From an uncultured Rhodospirillaceae bacterium (GTDB lineage Bacteria > Pseudomonadota > Alphaproteobacteria > UBA828): 64,000 bases of DNA. The stretch is taken from positions 80,005-144,004 of the forward strand of contig CAXEND010000001.1 of NCBI GenBank assembly GCA_963997635.1. The letters run 5' to 3'. Every line of letters starts with the position of its first letter. Positions within the stretch are counted from its first letter, which is position 1. Made by a program: the position numbers and the translations under genes. Below are positions 41,561 to 50,115 of this stretch, in pieces. The notes below the pieces were generated by a model. That model saw only the letters and a program-made list of their open reading frames with translations. It did no database searches and was not told where the DNA came from.

Positions 41561-42649
41561 TTGATAAATCTTGAAGTTGAAGCAAGGACTCGCCTGGGTA
41601 GTTTTAACCTTGATGCAGAATTTCATGCACTAGGGGGTGAAGTGACAATTCTGTTTGGTCGTTCAGGTGCTGGAAAAACAACTGTTATGGAGTCTATAGC
41701 GGGTCTAAGAAATTTATCAGATGGAAAAATAAGTTTAGGGGATAGGGTCCTGTTTGATAGTTGTGCTGGGGTTAATCTTAAACCAGAGAGAAGAGGAATC
41801 GGATATGTCTTCCAAGATGCAAGACTCTTTCCTCATTTAACAGTTCGTGAAAATCTTCTTTATGGGCGACGTCGTTTGACGCTCCAACCTTATAAAGGTG
41901 ATTTTAATAAGATTATTGATTTGTTAGACATTGCAAGTATCCTTTCTAGATTCCCTTCGACCCTCTCAGGTGGAGAAATGCAACGAGTTGCAATTGGGCG
42001 TGCATTTCTCTCAAATCCTGATGTTCTTCTTATGGATGAACCATTAGTTTCATTAGATGACTTGCGTAAAGATGAAATTCTTAAATATATATCACAATTA
42101 AAAGACATAGTTTCCATCCCTATAATTTATGTTACCCATTCAGTTGATGAAGTTTTAAAACTAGCAGATAAAGTAATTTTAATGTCTGATGGAAACGTTC
42201 AAGCATCTGGTACCCCTAACCAAGTTATGGGTAGACCTGATCTTGAACCATTTGTTATAGATGGTGCTGGAGGCACAGTAGTTGATACAGTTGTAGATTT
42301 TCAAGATAAGTCTCATTCTCTTACGAATTTAGCTTTCCCGGGTGGTAATCTTTTAGTGCCTAGAATTGATGCAAGTCGAGGTACTCATATAAGAGTGCGT
42401 ATTCGTTCACGTGATGTGGCGTTAGCTACTGTCAGACCAGAATCAATCTCTGTGCTGAATATGCTTGGTGTTAAGATTGTTTCTATCAGCCCCCCTCGAG
42501 GGGCGGTAGTTGATGTTGTGCTTGATGCAAAAGTACCTCTAAGGGCTCAAATAACCCAGAAATCAGCTTTAGAACTTAATTTGAATGAAGGTATGGAAGT
42601 TTTTGCACTAATAAAGACAGTGGCAGTAGAGGGCCAAGAACATGTATAA
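41561..42649 (+). CDS. modC: Molybdate ABC transporter ATP-binding protein with C-terminal TOBE domain
   Basis: Walker A GRSGAGKT, signature LSGGEMQR, plus a ~120-aa C-terminal Mo-binding TOBE-like extension. Confidence 0.85.
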   Translation: MINLEVEARTRLGSFNLDAEFHALGGEVTILFGRSGAGKTTVMESIAGLRNLSDGKISLGDRVLFDSCAGVNLKPERRGIGYVFQDARLFPHLTVRENLLYGRRRLTLQPYKGDFNKIIDLLDIASILSRFPSTLSGGEMQRVAIGRAFLSNPDVLLMDEPLVSLDDLRKDEILKYISQLKDIVSIPIIYVTHSVDEVLKLADKVILMSDGNVQASGTPNQVMGRPDLEPFVIDGAGGTVVDTVVDFQDKSHSLTNLAFPGGNLLVPRIDASRGTHIRVRIRSRDVALATVRPESISVLNMLGVKIVSISPPRGAVVDVVLDAKVPLRAQITQKSALELNLNEGMEVFALIKTVAVEGQEHV

Positions 42650-42732
42650 TATAATTTGTATGTGTAAAATAGACTTTGAGTTATGTTAAAATTCTATGAG
42701 ATTAATTCATATAATAGATAGGCAGGTATATC

Positions 42733-43014
42733 ATGGCATCAGCAACACCCACGCAACTGATAGATAATGACCGAGTAAGAGTTACTGAATGGAGATTTGG
42801 GCCTGGGGAGTCTACTGGTTATCACCGACATGAATTTGATTATGTTGTCGTACCAACAACTACAGGGGATCTACTTTTAAAAGAAGCGGATGGGGATCGT
42901 ACTGTTAGAATTGAGACTGGAGTCCCATACTTTAGAAATGAGGGAGTAGAGCATGATGTTATAAACCCAAGTCAAGAAAACGAAATTGTATTTGTAGAAG
43001 TTGAAATCAAATAA
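42733..43014 (+). CDS. Small cupin-domain protein
   Basis: 93 aa with a two-His cupin-like motif (GYHRHEFDYVVV ... GVEHDVIN). Confidence 0.5.
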   Translation: MASATPTQLIDNDRVRVTEWRFGPGESTGYHRHEFDYVVVPTTTGDLLLKEADGDRTVRIETGVPYFRNEGVEHDVINPSQENEIVFVEVEIK

Positions 43015-43069
43015 TTCAGGTTTTGTTAAGAAATACTAAAACTTTAATTATCAGGAGTCAGTTCAAGAG

Positions 43070-45286
43070 GTGAGTTTTTTACGTCGTGTTTTCCGTAGGT
43101 TTGGTTGGGTGCATCTCATTGCACTTGGCTTATTAGCTGCACTCATTGTTCTTAGAGTAGCAGACCCAGCACCTCTACAACTTCTTAGATCAAAAATATT
43201 TGACTTTTATCAACAGGTTGAACCAAGAGAGCGAAGTAGACAGCCCGTAGCAATAGTAGATATTGATGAGGAAAGTTTAAGGGACGTTGGTCAGTGGCCT
43301 TGGCCAAGGACAACTGTTGCACGGCTTCTTAATAATCTACGCAAATATGGGGCTGCAGGAGTGGCTTTTGACGTAGTGTTTGCTGAGCCAGATCGTACAT
43401 CTCCAAATCTAGTAGCAAAAAATATACGAGGCCTTGGAAAAAAAGCACGCCAAGAGCTGGAACGACTTCCTAGCAATGATGAAACATTTGCGAGGATTAT
43501 CAAGCGGAGTCCAGCAGTACTTGGTCAGGCCACAATAAATAGAAAAATTGTAAAAACAGAGAGAAAATCTTTAAAAGCGACATTTGGCTATAAGCAACCA
43601 AAAGGGGTTCAAGCAAAGAATTTTATGCTTTCGTATCCTGGCATTACTAGAAATTTAGAAATACTTGAGAATGCTACTCCTGGTATTGGAGTATTTACTT
43701 TTAAGCCTGCAGTTGATGGAATTGTTAGGCAAGTACCACTAGTTGTAAGAGTTGATAATCGGGTATATCCGACACTTTCTTTAGAACTCCTAAGAGTAGC
43801 CACAAAACAAAAAACTTTTGTTGTCAAGGCTAATCAGGCAGGGCTTCAATCTGTTGTTGTTGCAGGTCTAGAAATTCCTACTGACCAGAATGGACAAGTA
43901 TGGATGAAATTCGCCAAGCACGATAGAAATTTATATATTCCAGCAAAAGATGTATTAAACAAGACTATTTCAAAGGAACGTATTGCGGGGCATCTTTTAT
44001 TTATTGGAACTTCTGCTGCTGGCCTTCTTGATATTAAAGCAACTCCAGTTGACCCAGCAATTCCTGGTGTAGAGGTTCATGCTCAGCTTCTTCAGAATAT
44101 AATGGATAAAATATATTTGATTCGACCAGGTTGGGCTATTGGTGCTGAGGTTATAGCTTTAGGATTATCCGGATTACTCTTAATTGGCCTTATACCATTT
44201 TTAGGCTCGCTATGGACTTTAATTATTGGATTGACATCTATAATTGGATTAGTAGCGATAACTTGGTGGGCATACCAATCTTCAGGAATGCTCCTAGATT
44301 TAATTTATTCAGCGTTTTCGGTTTTCTTAATATATGTAGTTTTGACATTTTTAAATTACATGAGAGAAGAAAGAGAAAGACGGCAGGTCAAAGGTCAATT
44401 TAGTCATTATTTATCTCCAGATTTAGTAAAGCAGTTAGCTGATGATCCAACTCGATTAACTCTTGGCGGAGAGATGAAAGAAATGACTCTATTATTTGCT
44501 GATATTAGAGGCTTTACAACCATTAGTGAGCAATTTGATGCTGAAGGCTTAACACGCTTTATAAATCGATATTTGACACCTATGACTGAGGTGATATTAC
44601 AACGAAGAGGGACTATAGATAAATATATGGGTGATTGTATAATGGCATTTTGGAACGCCCCCATAGATGATCCTGATCATGCAAAAAATGGGGTTAGATC
44701 AGCACTCGCTATGTTCGAAGAGAGTGATAAGATGAATGAAGTATTGAAAGCTGAAGCAAAAGACGAAGGGAGAAAATATATACCTCTACGCATTGGTGCA
44801 GGACTCAATACGGGTGTCTGCTGTGTAGGTAATATGGGATCTGATATGCGTTTTGATTATTCTGTTTTAGGTGATGACGTTAACCTAGCAGCAAGATTAG
44901 AGGGACAATCAAAGACTTACGGCGTTAATATAGTCATAGGTGAAAAGACCTATAATGCTGTTCAAGATTTTGCTTGTCTTGAGCTTGATCGTATCCAGGT
45001 GAAAGGGAAAACTGTACCTGTCGATATATTTTGTGTCTTAGGAGATGAAAAGAGAGCACAAAGTCCAGAATTTAGAGCTATCAAATCACTTAATGAAAAT
45101 ATGATAACTGCTTATCGAAAACAGCAGTGGAAATTAGCTAATCAAAGAATTGAAGAATTAAAGGAAATTGACAAAAATAAAGAGCTAGAAGTTTTATGTG
45201 AACTTTATGAGCAAAGAATATCTTACTACAAAGAAAATCCGCCCGGCGATAAATGGGACGGATCCTTTATTGCTACTACAAAGTAA
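43070..45286 (+). CDS. CHASE2 sensor-domain adenylate/guanylate cyclase (class III)
   Basis: N-terminal TM, ~300-aa periplasmic domain, three closely spaced TMs, then a class III cyclase domain (LLFADIRGFT ... GDCIMAFW ... GLNTGVCCVGNMGS). Confidence 0.8.
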   Translation: MSFLRRVFRRFGWVHLIALGLLAALIVLRVADPAPLQLLRSKIFDFYQQVEPRERSRQPVAIVDIDEESLRDVGQWPWPRTTVARLLNNLRKYGAAGVAFDVVFAEPDRTSPNLVAKNIRGLGKKARQELERLPSNDETFARIIKRSPAVLGQATINRKIVKTERKSLKATFGYKQPKGVQAKNFMLSYPGITRNLEILENATPGIGVFTFKPAVDGIVRQVPLVVRVDNRVYPTLSLELLRVATKQKTFVVKANQAGLQSVVVAGLEIPTDQNGQVWMKFAKHDRNLYIPAKDVLNKTISKERIAGHLLFIGTSAAGLLDIKATPVDPAIPGVEVHAQLLQNIMDKIYLIRPGWAIGAEVIALGLSGLLLIGLIPFLGSLWTLIIGLTSIIGLVAITWWAYQSSGMLLDLIYSAFSVFLIYVVLTFLNYMREERERRQVKGQFSHYLSPDLVKQLADDPTRLTLGGEMKEMTLLFADIRGFTTISEQFDAEGLTRFINRYLTPMTEVILQRRGTIDKYMGDCIMAFWNAPIDDPDHAKNGVRSALAMFEESDKMNEVLKAEAKDEGRKYIPLRIGAGLNTGVCCVGNMGSDMRFDYSVLGDDVNLAARLEGQSKTYGVNIVIGEKTYNAVQDFACLELDRIQVKGKTVPVDIFCVLGDEKRAQSPEFRAIKSLNENMITAYRKQQWKLANQRIEELKEIDKNKELEVLCELYEQRISYYKENPPGDKWDGSFIATTK

Positions 45287-45354
45287 ATTTTTCAGGAAAA
45301 GATTATAACTCCTCAGCTGTGAATGTCTGGGTTGTGAGAAATTAGTAAATAAAA

Positions 45355-47082
45355 TCACTCGTAGGGCCAAAGTCGAGCAAAGTTTTCATCTTCATTAACA
45401 GAGATTATTTTCTGATTCTGTGTAGATCCAAGAACATTAGAATTATTCTTTTTAGACTTCGCAACAATAGGTTTTATAACCTTGGTTAATCCGCTTTCAT
45501 TTTTTGTAGAGAATAATTGTGATTCTTCAGTCAATATCTGAGTTTTTTGAGAGATGTTAATTTCTTTTATTTTCTTACCTGTATTTTGATGTTTAGCTAA
45601 AGGTAGAGTAACCTTTTGTTTAACAGTAAGTTTTTCATTAGTTGTAGTTTCTTTTATATTAATAGAAGTTTTTGTTTTTGTAGGCTTATCTAAAAGAGAA
45701 ATTTTATTTTTTTTTGGCAAAGATGCTAAATTTGTAGAATTTTCAAGCGTTAAGCGTCCCATCGTAACCATTAGTCGATATACTGCGATGCGTGCATCGT
45801 GTTGAGCAGATACTAAGTTAATTCTGGCGTTAAATAACTCACTTTCTGCACCTAAAACATTTATGACGGTCTCTTTTCCTGCATCGCGTAATTTTTTTCT
45901 AGCTTCAAACACTTCAGCTGCAATGTTTACTGCATTCTGTAATAATGAGACTCTTTCTCTTGCTGTTTTTAGTCCTGACCAGGCTAGACGTGACTCTTCG
46001 GTGATTTTTCTTTTTACAAAATTACCAGAGTCAATTGTTGCCTTATGATTAAATGCAGCTTGTGCAGCTCCTGCACGTGTGGCAAACCCATTAAATATGG
46101 TCCATGAGGCGTTTACTTTTGCTTTATAGTCTCGTCTAGTACCTCGAGTTCCACTCAGGTCATCTTCATAATTCCATTCGCCTGTGACGTCGATAGTTGG
46201 GAAATAGTCTGCCTTTGCTATACGTTTTGCAGCGTTAGCGATTGATGTTTGTGAGCTAGCGCTGAGAATTGCTGGGTTTTCAGATAATGCTATTTCTATT
46301 ACTTCCTCCACTGTTTCAGGTACAAGGCCAAGAGGTGGGGTGGGCATGACTAGATTCTGGGGATATGGTGCGTGACCAAAAACTTGTTCGTAACGGCTTA
46401 TAGAATCTTCAAGTTGCCCTTCAAAAGAAACTCTACGTTCTTTAGCTACTTGAAGTGTAGATTTTGATTGTAATACATCAACTGCAATCCCAGCTCCTCT
46501 TCTTACTCGTTCATCTTCTAATTCTAGCTGAAGTCGAATAGTTTCTTCATTATTGCTAGATAATCTGAATAATTTAAAGTTACGCATTACTTCTAAATAG
46601 ATAGAAATTGCCTCAAAAAGAATTCCTTGTTTACTTGTTTCTGCCGAATGTTGTGCAGCAATCATTCCCGCTTCTGCCGTTTCGTTATTTGCATCATTTC
46701 TGAATCCATTAAAAATTACTTGCGTAACGGTAATTTTTGCATTTCGTGCTTGCCCAGTTGTAAAGGGACTAGTGTTAGGGTCTGTGGCTGATCGTCTTCC
46801 AGGGCTATCTATACGTTCATAGCCAAAGTTTCCTGTTGCTTGGATTGTGGGTAAATATTCTGCCAAGGCAGATTTAATACCTTCTTTTGCAGAAAAAACA
46901 CCTGCTTCTGCAGCTTTAATTTGTGGATGATTCTCGAGGATTCCTGATAACTCCTCCTTAAGTGTTTCGCTGGAAGATGAAGATACTGACACTAAAGTTG
47001 CACTTGCAGTTAGTATGCTGATCCATAAACTTTTATGAATTAAGTTCCTCATTAAGCTTGCTCCAATAGAACTACTCGACAA
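45355..47082 (-). CDS. TolC-family outer-membrane channel protein with ~130-aa low-complexity C-terminal extension
   Basis: Signal peptide; TolC-type duplicated helical/beta repeat architecture (ENHPQIKAAEAGV...YLPTIQATGNFGY); C-terminal K/T/N-rich tail; last gene of the cytochrome operon. Confidence 0.75.
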   Translation of the reverse strand: MSSSSIGASLMRNLIHKSLWISILTASATLVSVSSSSSETLKEELSGILENHPQIKAAEAGVFSAKEGIKSALAEYLPTIQATGNFGYERIDSPGRRSATDPNTSPFTTGQARNAKITVTQVIFNGFRNDANNETAEAGMIAAQHSAETSKQGILFEAISIYLEVMRNFKLFRLSSNNEETIRLQLELEDERVRRGAGIAVDVLQSKSTLQVAKERRVSFEGQLEDSISRYEQVFGHAPYPQNLVMPTPPLGLVPETVEEVIEIALSENPAILSASSQTSIANAAKRIAKADYFPTIDVTGEWNYEDDLSGTRGTRRDYKAKVNASWTIFNGFATRAGAAQAAFNHKATIDSGNFVKRKITEESRLAWSGLKTARERVSLLQNAVNIAAEVFEARKKLRDAGKETVINVLGAESELFNARINLVSAQHDARIAVYRLMVTMGRLTLENSTNLASLPKKNKISLLDKPTKTKTSINIKETTTNEKLTVKQKVTLPLAKHQNTGKKIKEINISQKTQILTEESQLFSTKNESGLTKVIKPIVAKSKKNNSNVLGSTQNQKIISVNEDENFARLWPYE

Positions 47083-47214
47083 CAGTTGCTGATTTTATAC
47101 CTTACGAATCTATTAATAAATGAAATTTAGCAGAAGAACTTTATTTCACAAGTCACTAGGGTTTACGGCGTAATTTTATAGACCTTTTAAACTTCTATAT
47201 TCGGTTAGATATTT

Positions 47215-48495
47215 TTATGCGTCTAGAGTTAAATTACCTTTTGGTATTGCAATACAAGCAAGGCATGAACCCTCCTCTGGTTCAGCTCCCGGTGCATTTA
47301 GATATTCAACTTCACCATCCTTGATTGCTGTTATACAAGTCCCACAATTTCCTGCTCTACAGCCAAAATCTATATCTACATCATTATCTTCAGCAAAATC
47401 AAGTATTGCTCCGGAATCTGGATCCCAATCTAAAGTTTTACCAGATTTGGCAAATGTAAGTTTTAACCCTGCACTAGATATTGAGGCTTCTGTCGCCTCT
47501 TTGTTGGCTTCTGTTTTTGTTTTTTTAACTGTAGCAGGACCAAAAGCTTCAAAGTGAATATGTTTATTCGGCACACCCCACGCTTCTAGGTCAGGCACAA
47601 CGGTATTCATCATCGGTGGTGGGCCACACATATAGAAGTCATAATTACTTGAGGGTAAGACTTTCTTAAAAAGTTCTACAGAAACTCTTTCTGCATAAGC
47701 ATAGTCTTCGCCTTCGGTATCTTCCTCACCTGGTTTGGAGAAGCATATACACATATGAATATTTTCATGCTCTTTTCCAATTTGTTTTAGATGGTTAGCC
47801 ATCACAGCTTCTTTGCTGTTTCTTACTCCATAAAAAAACCAAGTTTCACGTTTTGATCCAGATTCAACAATATCATTTAACATCGAGAGTACTGGTGTTA
47901 ATCCGATACCTCCACCAATGAGAACAACGGGGGTTTGTTTTGTTCTATCAAGAAAAAAATGACCGCCTGGAGCCTTTATATCAAGGATATCACCCTCATT
48001 AATTTTATCATGGAAAAAATTTGATGAAAGGCCTGGTGGAGCATCTGGTTCGTCACGTGGCGGGGGGACACGTTTGATTGAACAGCGGTAGTAGTCTGGG
48101 TGGTTTGGACTGTCTGAAAGCGAGTAACATCTAATAACTTGTTTTTTTTGTTCAGGTATATCAAGTCCAAATGTGAGATATTGACCAGGGTTAAATGGTG
48201 GTAATGGCTTTCCATCATGAGGTGAAAAATAAAATGAGCAAATATCACCACCTTCAGGGATTTTTTTCTTGACCTGGAATTTACGAAATCCGTTCCAAGA
48301 GAGTTCCTCAGACTCTTTCTCGAACTTACGGCGATCCATAATTCTTTCAATTTCTTCACGAAATATTTTATCTTGTAGTGCAGAGCTTTTTGCCAGTAAA
48401 GCTTCACGTCTAAAATTGCCAACACCTGTAAAGAAAAGTGTTGCGGCAAGAATAGCTAGAAAGACTAGAGCGACAATATGAATAGCAGTTTCCAT
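47215..48495 (-). CDS. Membrane-anchored oxidoreductase: FNR-like flavin/NAD(P)-binding domains plus C-terminal plant-type 2Fe-2S ferredoxin domain
   Basis: N-terminal TM helix; flavin motif RCYSLSD; NAD(P) motif GGGIGLTPVLSML; C-terminal CRAGNCGTC...C cluster motif. Confidence 0.75.
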   Translation of the reverse strand: METAIHIVALVFLAILAATLFFTGVGNFRREALLAKSSALQDKIFREEIERIMDRRKFEKESEELSWNGFRKFQVKKKIPEGGDICSFYFSPHDGKPLPPFNPGQYLTFGLDIPEQKKQVIRCYSLSDSPNHPDYYRCSIKRVPPPRDEPDAPPGLSSNFFHDKINEGDILDIKAPGGHFFLDRTKQTPVVLIGGGIGLTPVLSMLNDIVESGSKRETWFFYGVRNSKEAVMANHLKQIGKEHENIHMCICFSKPGEEDTEGEDYAYAERVSVELFKKVLPSSNYDFYMCGPPPMMNTVVPDLEAWGVPNKHIHFEAFGPATVKKTKTEANKEATEASISSAGLKLTFAKSGKTLDWDPDSGAILDFAEDNDVDIDFGCRAGNCGTCITAIKDGEVEYLNAPGAEPEEGSCLACIAIPKGNLTLDA

Positions 48496-48566
48496 ATTCC
48501 GCGGCCCTCCCTAGAGCCGATAATCTGTTATAAGTCTAAATTAATTAAAAATTTGAATTATTAGCG

Positions 48567-50108
48567 TTAAAATTTGCGGCGTATTTCAAAGCGTGCTCCG
48601 GAAATGTTTTGCTCCTCTGTTCTCCATCCGTGCATTGCATCAGCTCTAAATAACCAAGCTTCATTGATATTTTGCTGGTAGCGTAAACCCAAGGCATATT
48701 CATCTCCGCGAAGGCTCCTACCTACCTCATTTTCTCCTTCAATGACTTGGTTTGTAGCTGCTTCAATGACGATTTGACGATCTAAATTGAAGAGATAACT
48801 AACTCCTATAGCTCCACCAAATGCATTCTGTCCGGTATCATTGAGTTTAGGAAATCCTGTTAACCCATCTGTTTCAAAGTTAATACCAGTATTCTTTAAT
48901 AATCCATCTGCTCTAGCTGCTGATTGAGGCCTGTCAATGCCTACAAAAAAGTTACCATAAGGGACCAGTGTTGAGGGTAGACTTGTAATCAGGGAGTTCT
49001 CAACTAATAAAATTAAACCATCAGCCGTATCTTGCAAGTTATTGTCTCTATCTTGTCCAAAAGACCATATTGCTCTTATGCTATTAGAAAGCAATGCTCC
49101 GTATCTTTTTGTATATGCAATTGTAGCACTATTATATGACTCGTCGTCGAATCCACCTTCTCCATCTAATCTAGCAAAACCAGCTTCCCAGTATGCTTCC
49201 ATAGCTTCTACAAATGTAGCTACTCCAAAGATATTGACGTTATGATCAGCATTTGCATTTTGATCATCTTTGAAAGCTTGATTTGTAACTTTGTCAAAGC
49301 CATAGAAAAAAGATATATCCATATTGGTTATGTCCAATAATGGACTGTTGAGTGAGGGAATAGCAGTTGCTACACCTGTGAAAGCATCCTCAATCCATAT
49401 CCCATTTTGGAATAAGAGTGGCATAAGGCCTAATGAAAAGGGAACGTCAAGACTGGAGTATTCACCGCTAAAGCCAGCGTAAAGTGCACCTGCATCTCCT
49501 TCAAAAAATAGTGCATCTAAATTTCCATCGATTTGTGCATCACATTTCTTATTGGGGTCATTATTTGGTGCATCGTCACCAAAAAACTCGCAACGGCTAA
49601 ACTCACCTTGTCCATCAAGTGGCCTTAAAATAGCATGGATTCTCTCAGTTCCAGTGAATTTATAATCAATATCTAAATTAAGCCTAGTAGCAACCTGTCC
49701 TACCTCAACATTTCCATTGTCATTAAAAGCCAGTGCACTACGCCAATCTCCATAAACATATAGCTCTGTGAAAGTAGGGTTCAACTCTCCAAGAGCATCA
49801 CCTCCTTCAACTAATGGTCCACCAGAATAAAGAGGATTTCCAATCTCTAATAGAGGTCTTGTGACAGGATAGGCTGATTTGCCACCATAAATTTGAAGTT
49901 GGGCTTCAATATCATACTCTTCTTCTGGGTAACTTGGATCAGCTCTAAATACACCTGCGTCATGTTCGACAATTTTTGAGCGTGTATCTTTTTTGATCTC
50001 GGCACCATTGGCAAGATTTTGTTCTGCAGCAAATGAAAATGTTAAACTTGCGGCAATACAAAATGGCAATAAATGGTATCCAGGAAAGTTTTGAATGATT
50101 TTTTTCAC
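48567..50108 (-). CDS. Putative outer-membrane beta-barrel protein (porin-like)
   Basis: Signal peptide; C-terminal Phe (…ARFEIRRKF); alternating hydrophobic beta-strand pattern. Sits between multiheme cytochrome genes and an oxidoreductase, 7 nt downstream of the pentaheme gene. Confidence 0.5.
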   Translation of the reverse strand: MKKIIQNFPGYHLLPFCIAASLTFSFAAEQNLANGAEIKKDTRSKIVEHDAGVFRADPSYPEEEYDIEAQLQIYGGKSAYPVTRPLLEIGNPLYSGGPLVEGGDALGELNPTFTELYVYGDWRSALAFNDNGNVEVGQVATRLNLDIDYKFTGTERIHAILRPLDGQGEFSRCEFFGDDAPNNDPNKKCDAQIDGNLDALFFEGDAGALYAGFSGEYSSLDVPFSLGLMPLLFQNGIWIEDAFTGVATAIPSLNSPLLDITNMDISFFYGFDKVTNQAFKDDQNANADHNVNIFGVATFVEAMEAYWEAGFARLDGEGGFDDESYNSATIAYTKRYGALLSNSIRAIWSFGQDRDNNLQDTADGLILLVENSLITSLPSTLVPYGNFFVGIDRPQSAARADGLLKNTGINFETDGLTGFPKLNDTGQNAFGGAIGVSYLFNLDRQIVIEAATNQVIEGENEVGRSLRGDEYALGLRYQQNINEAWLFRADAMHGWRTEEQNISGARFEIRRKF

Positions 50109-50115
50109 GGCTCTT

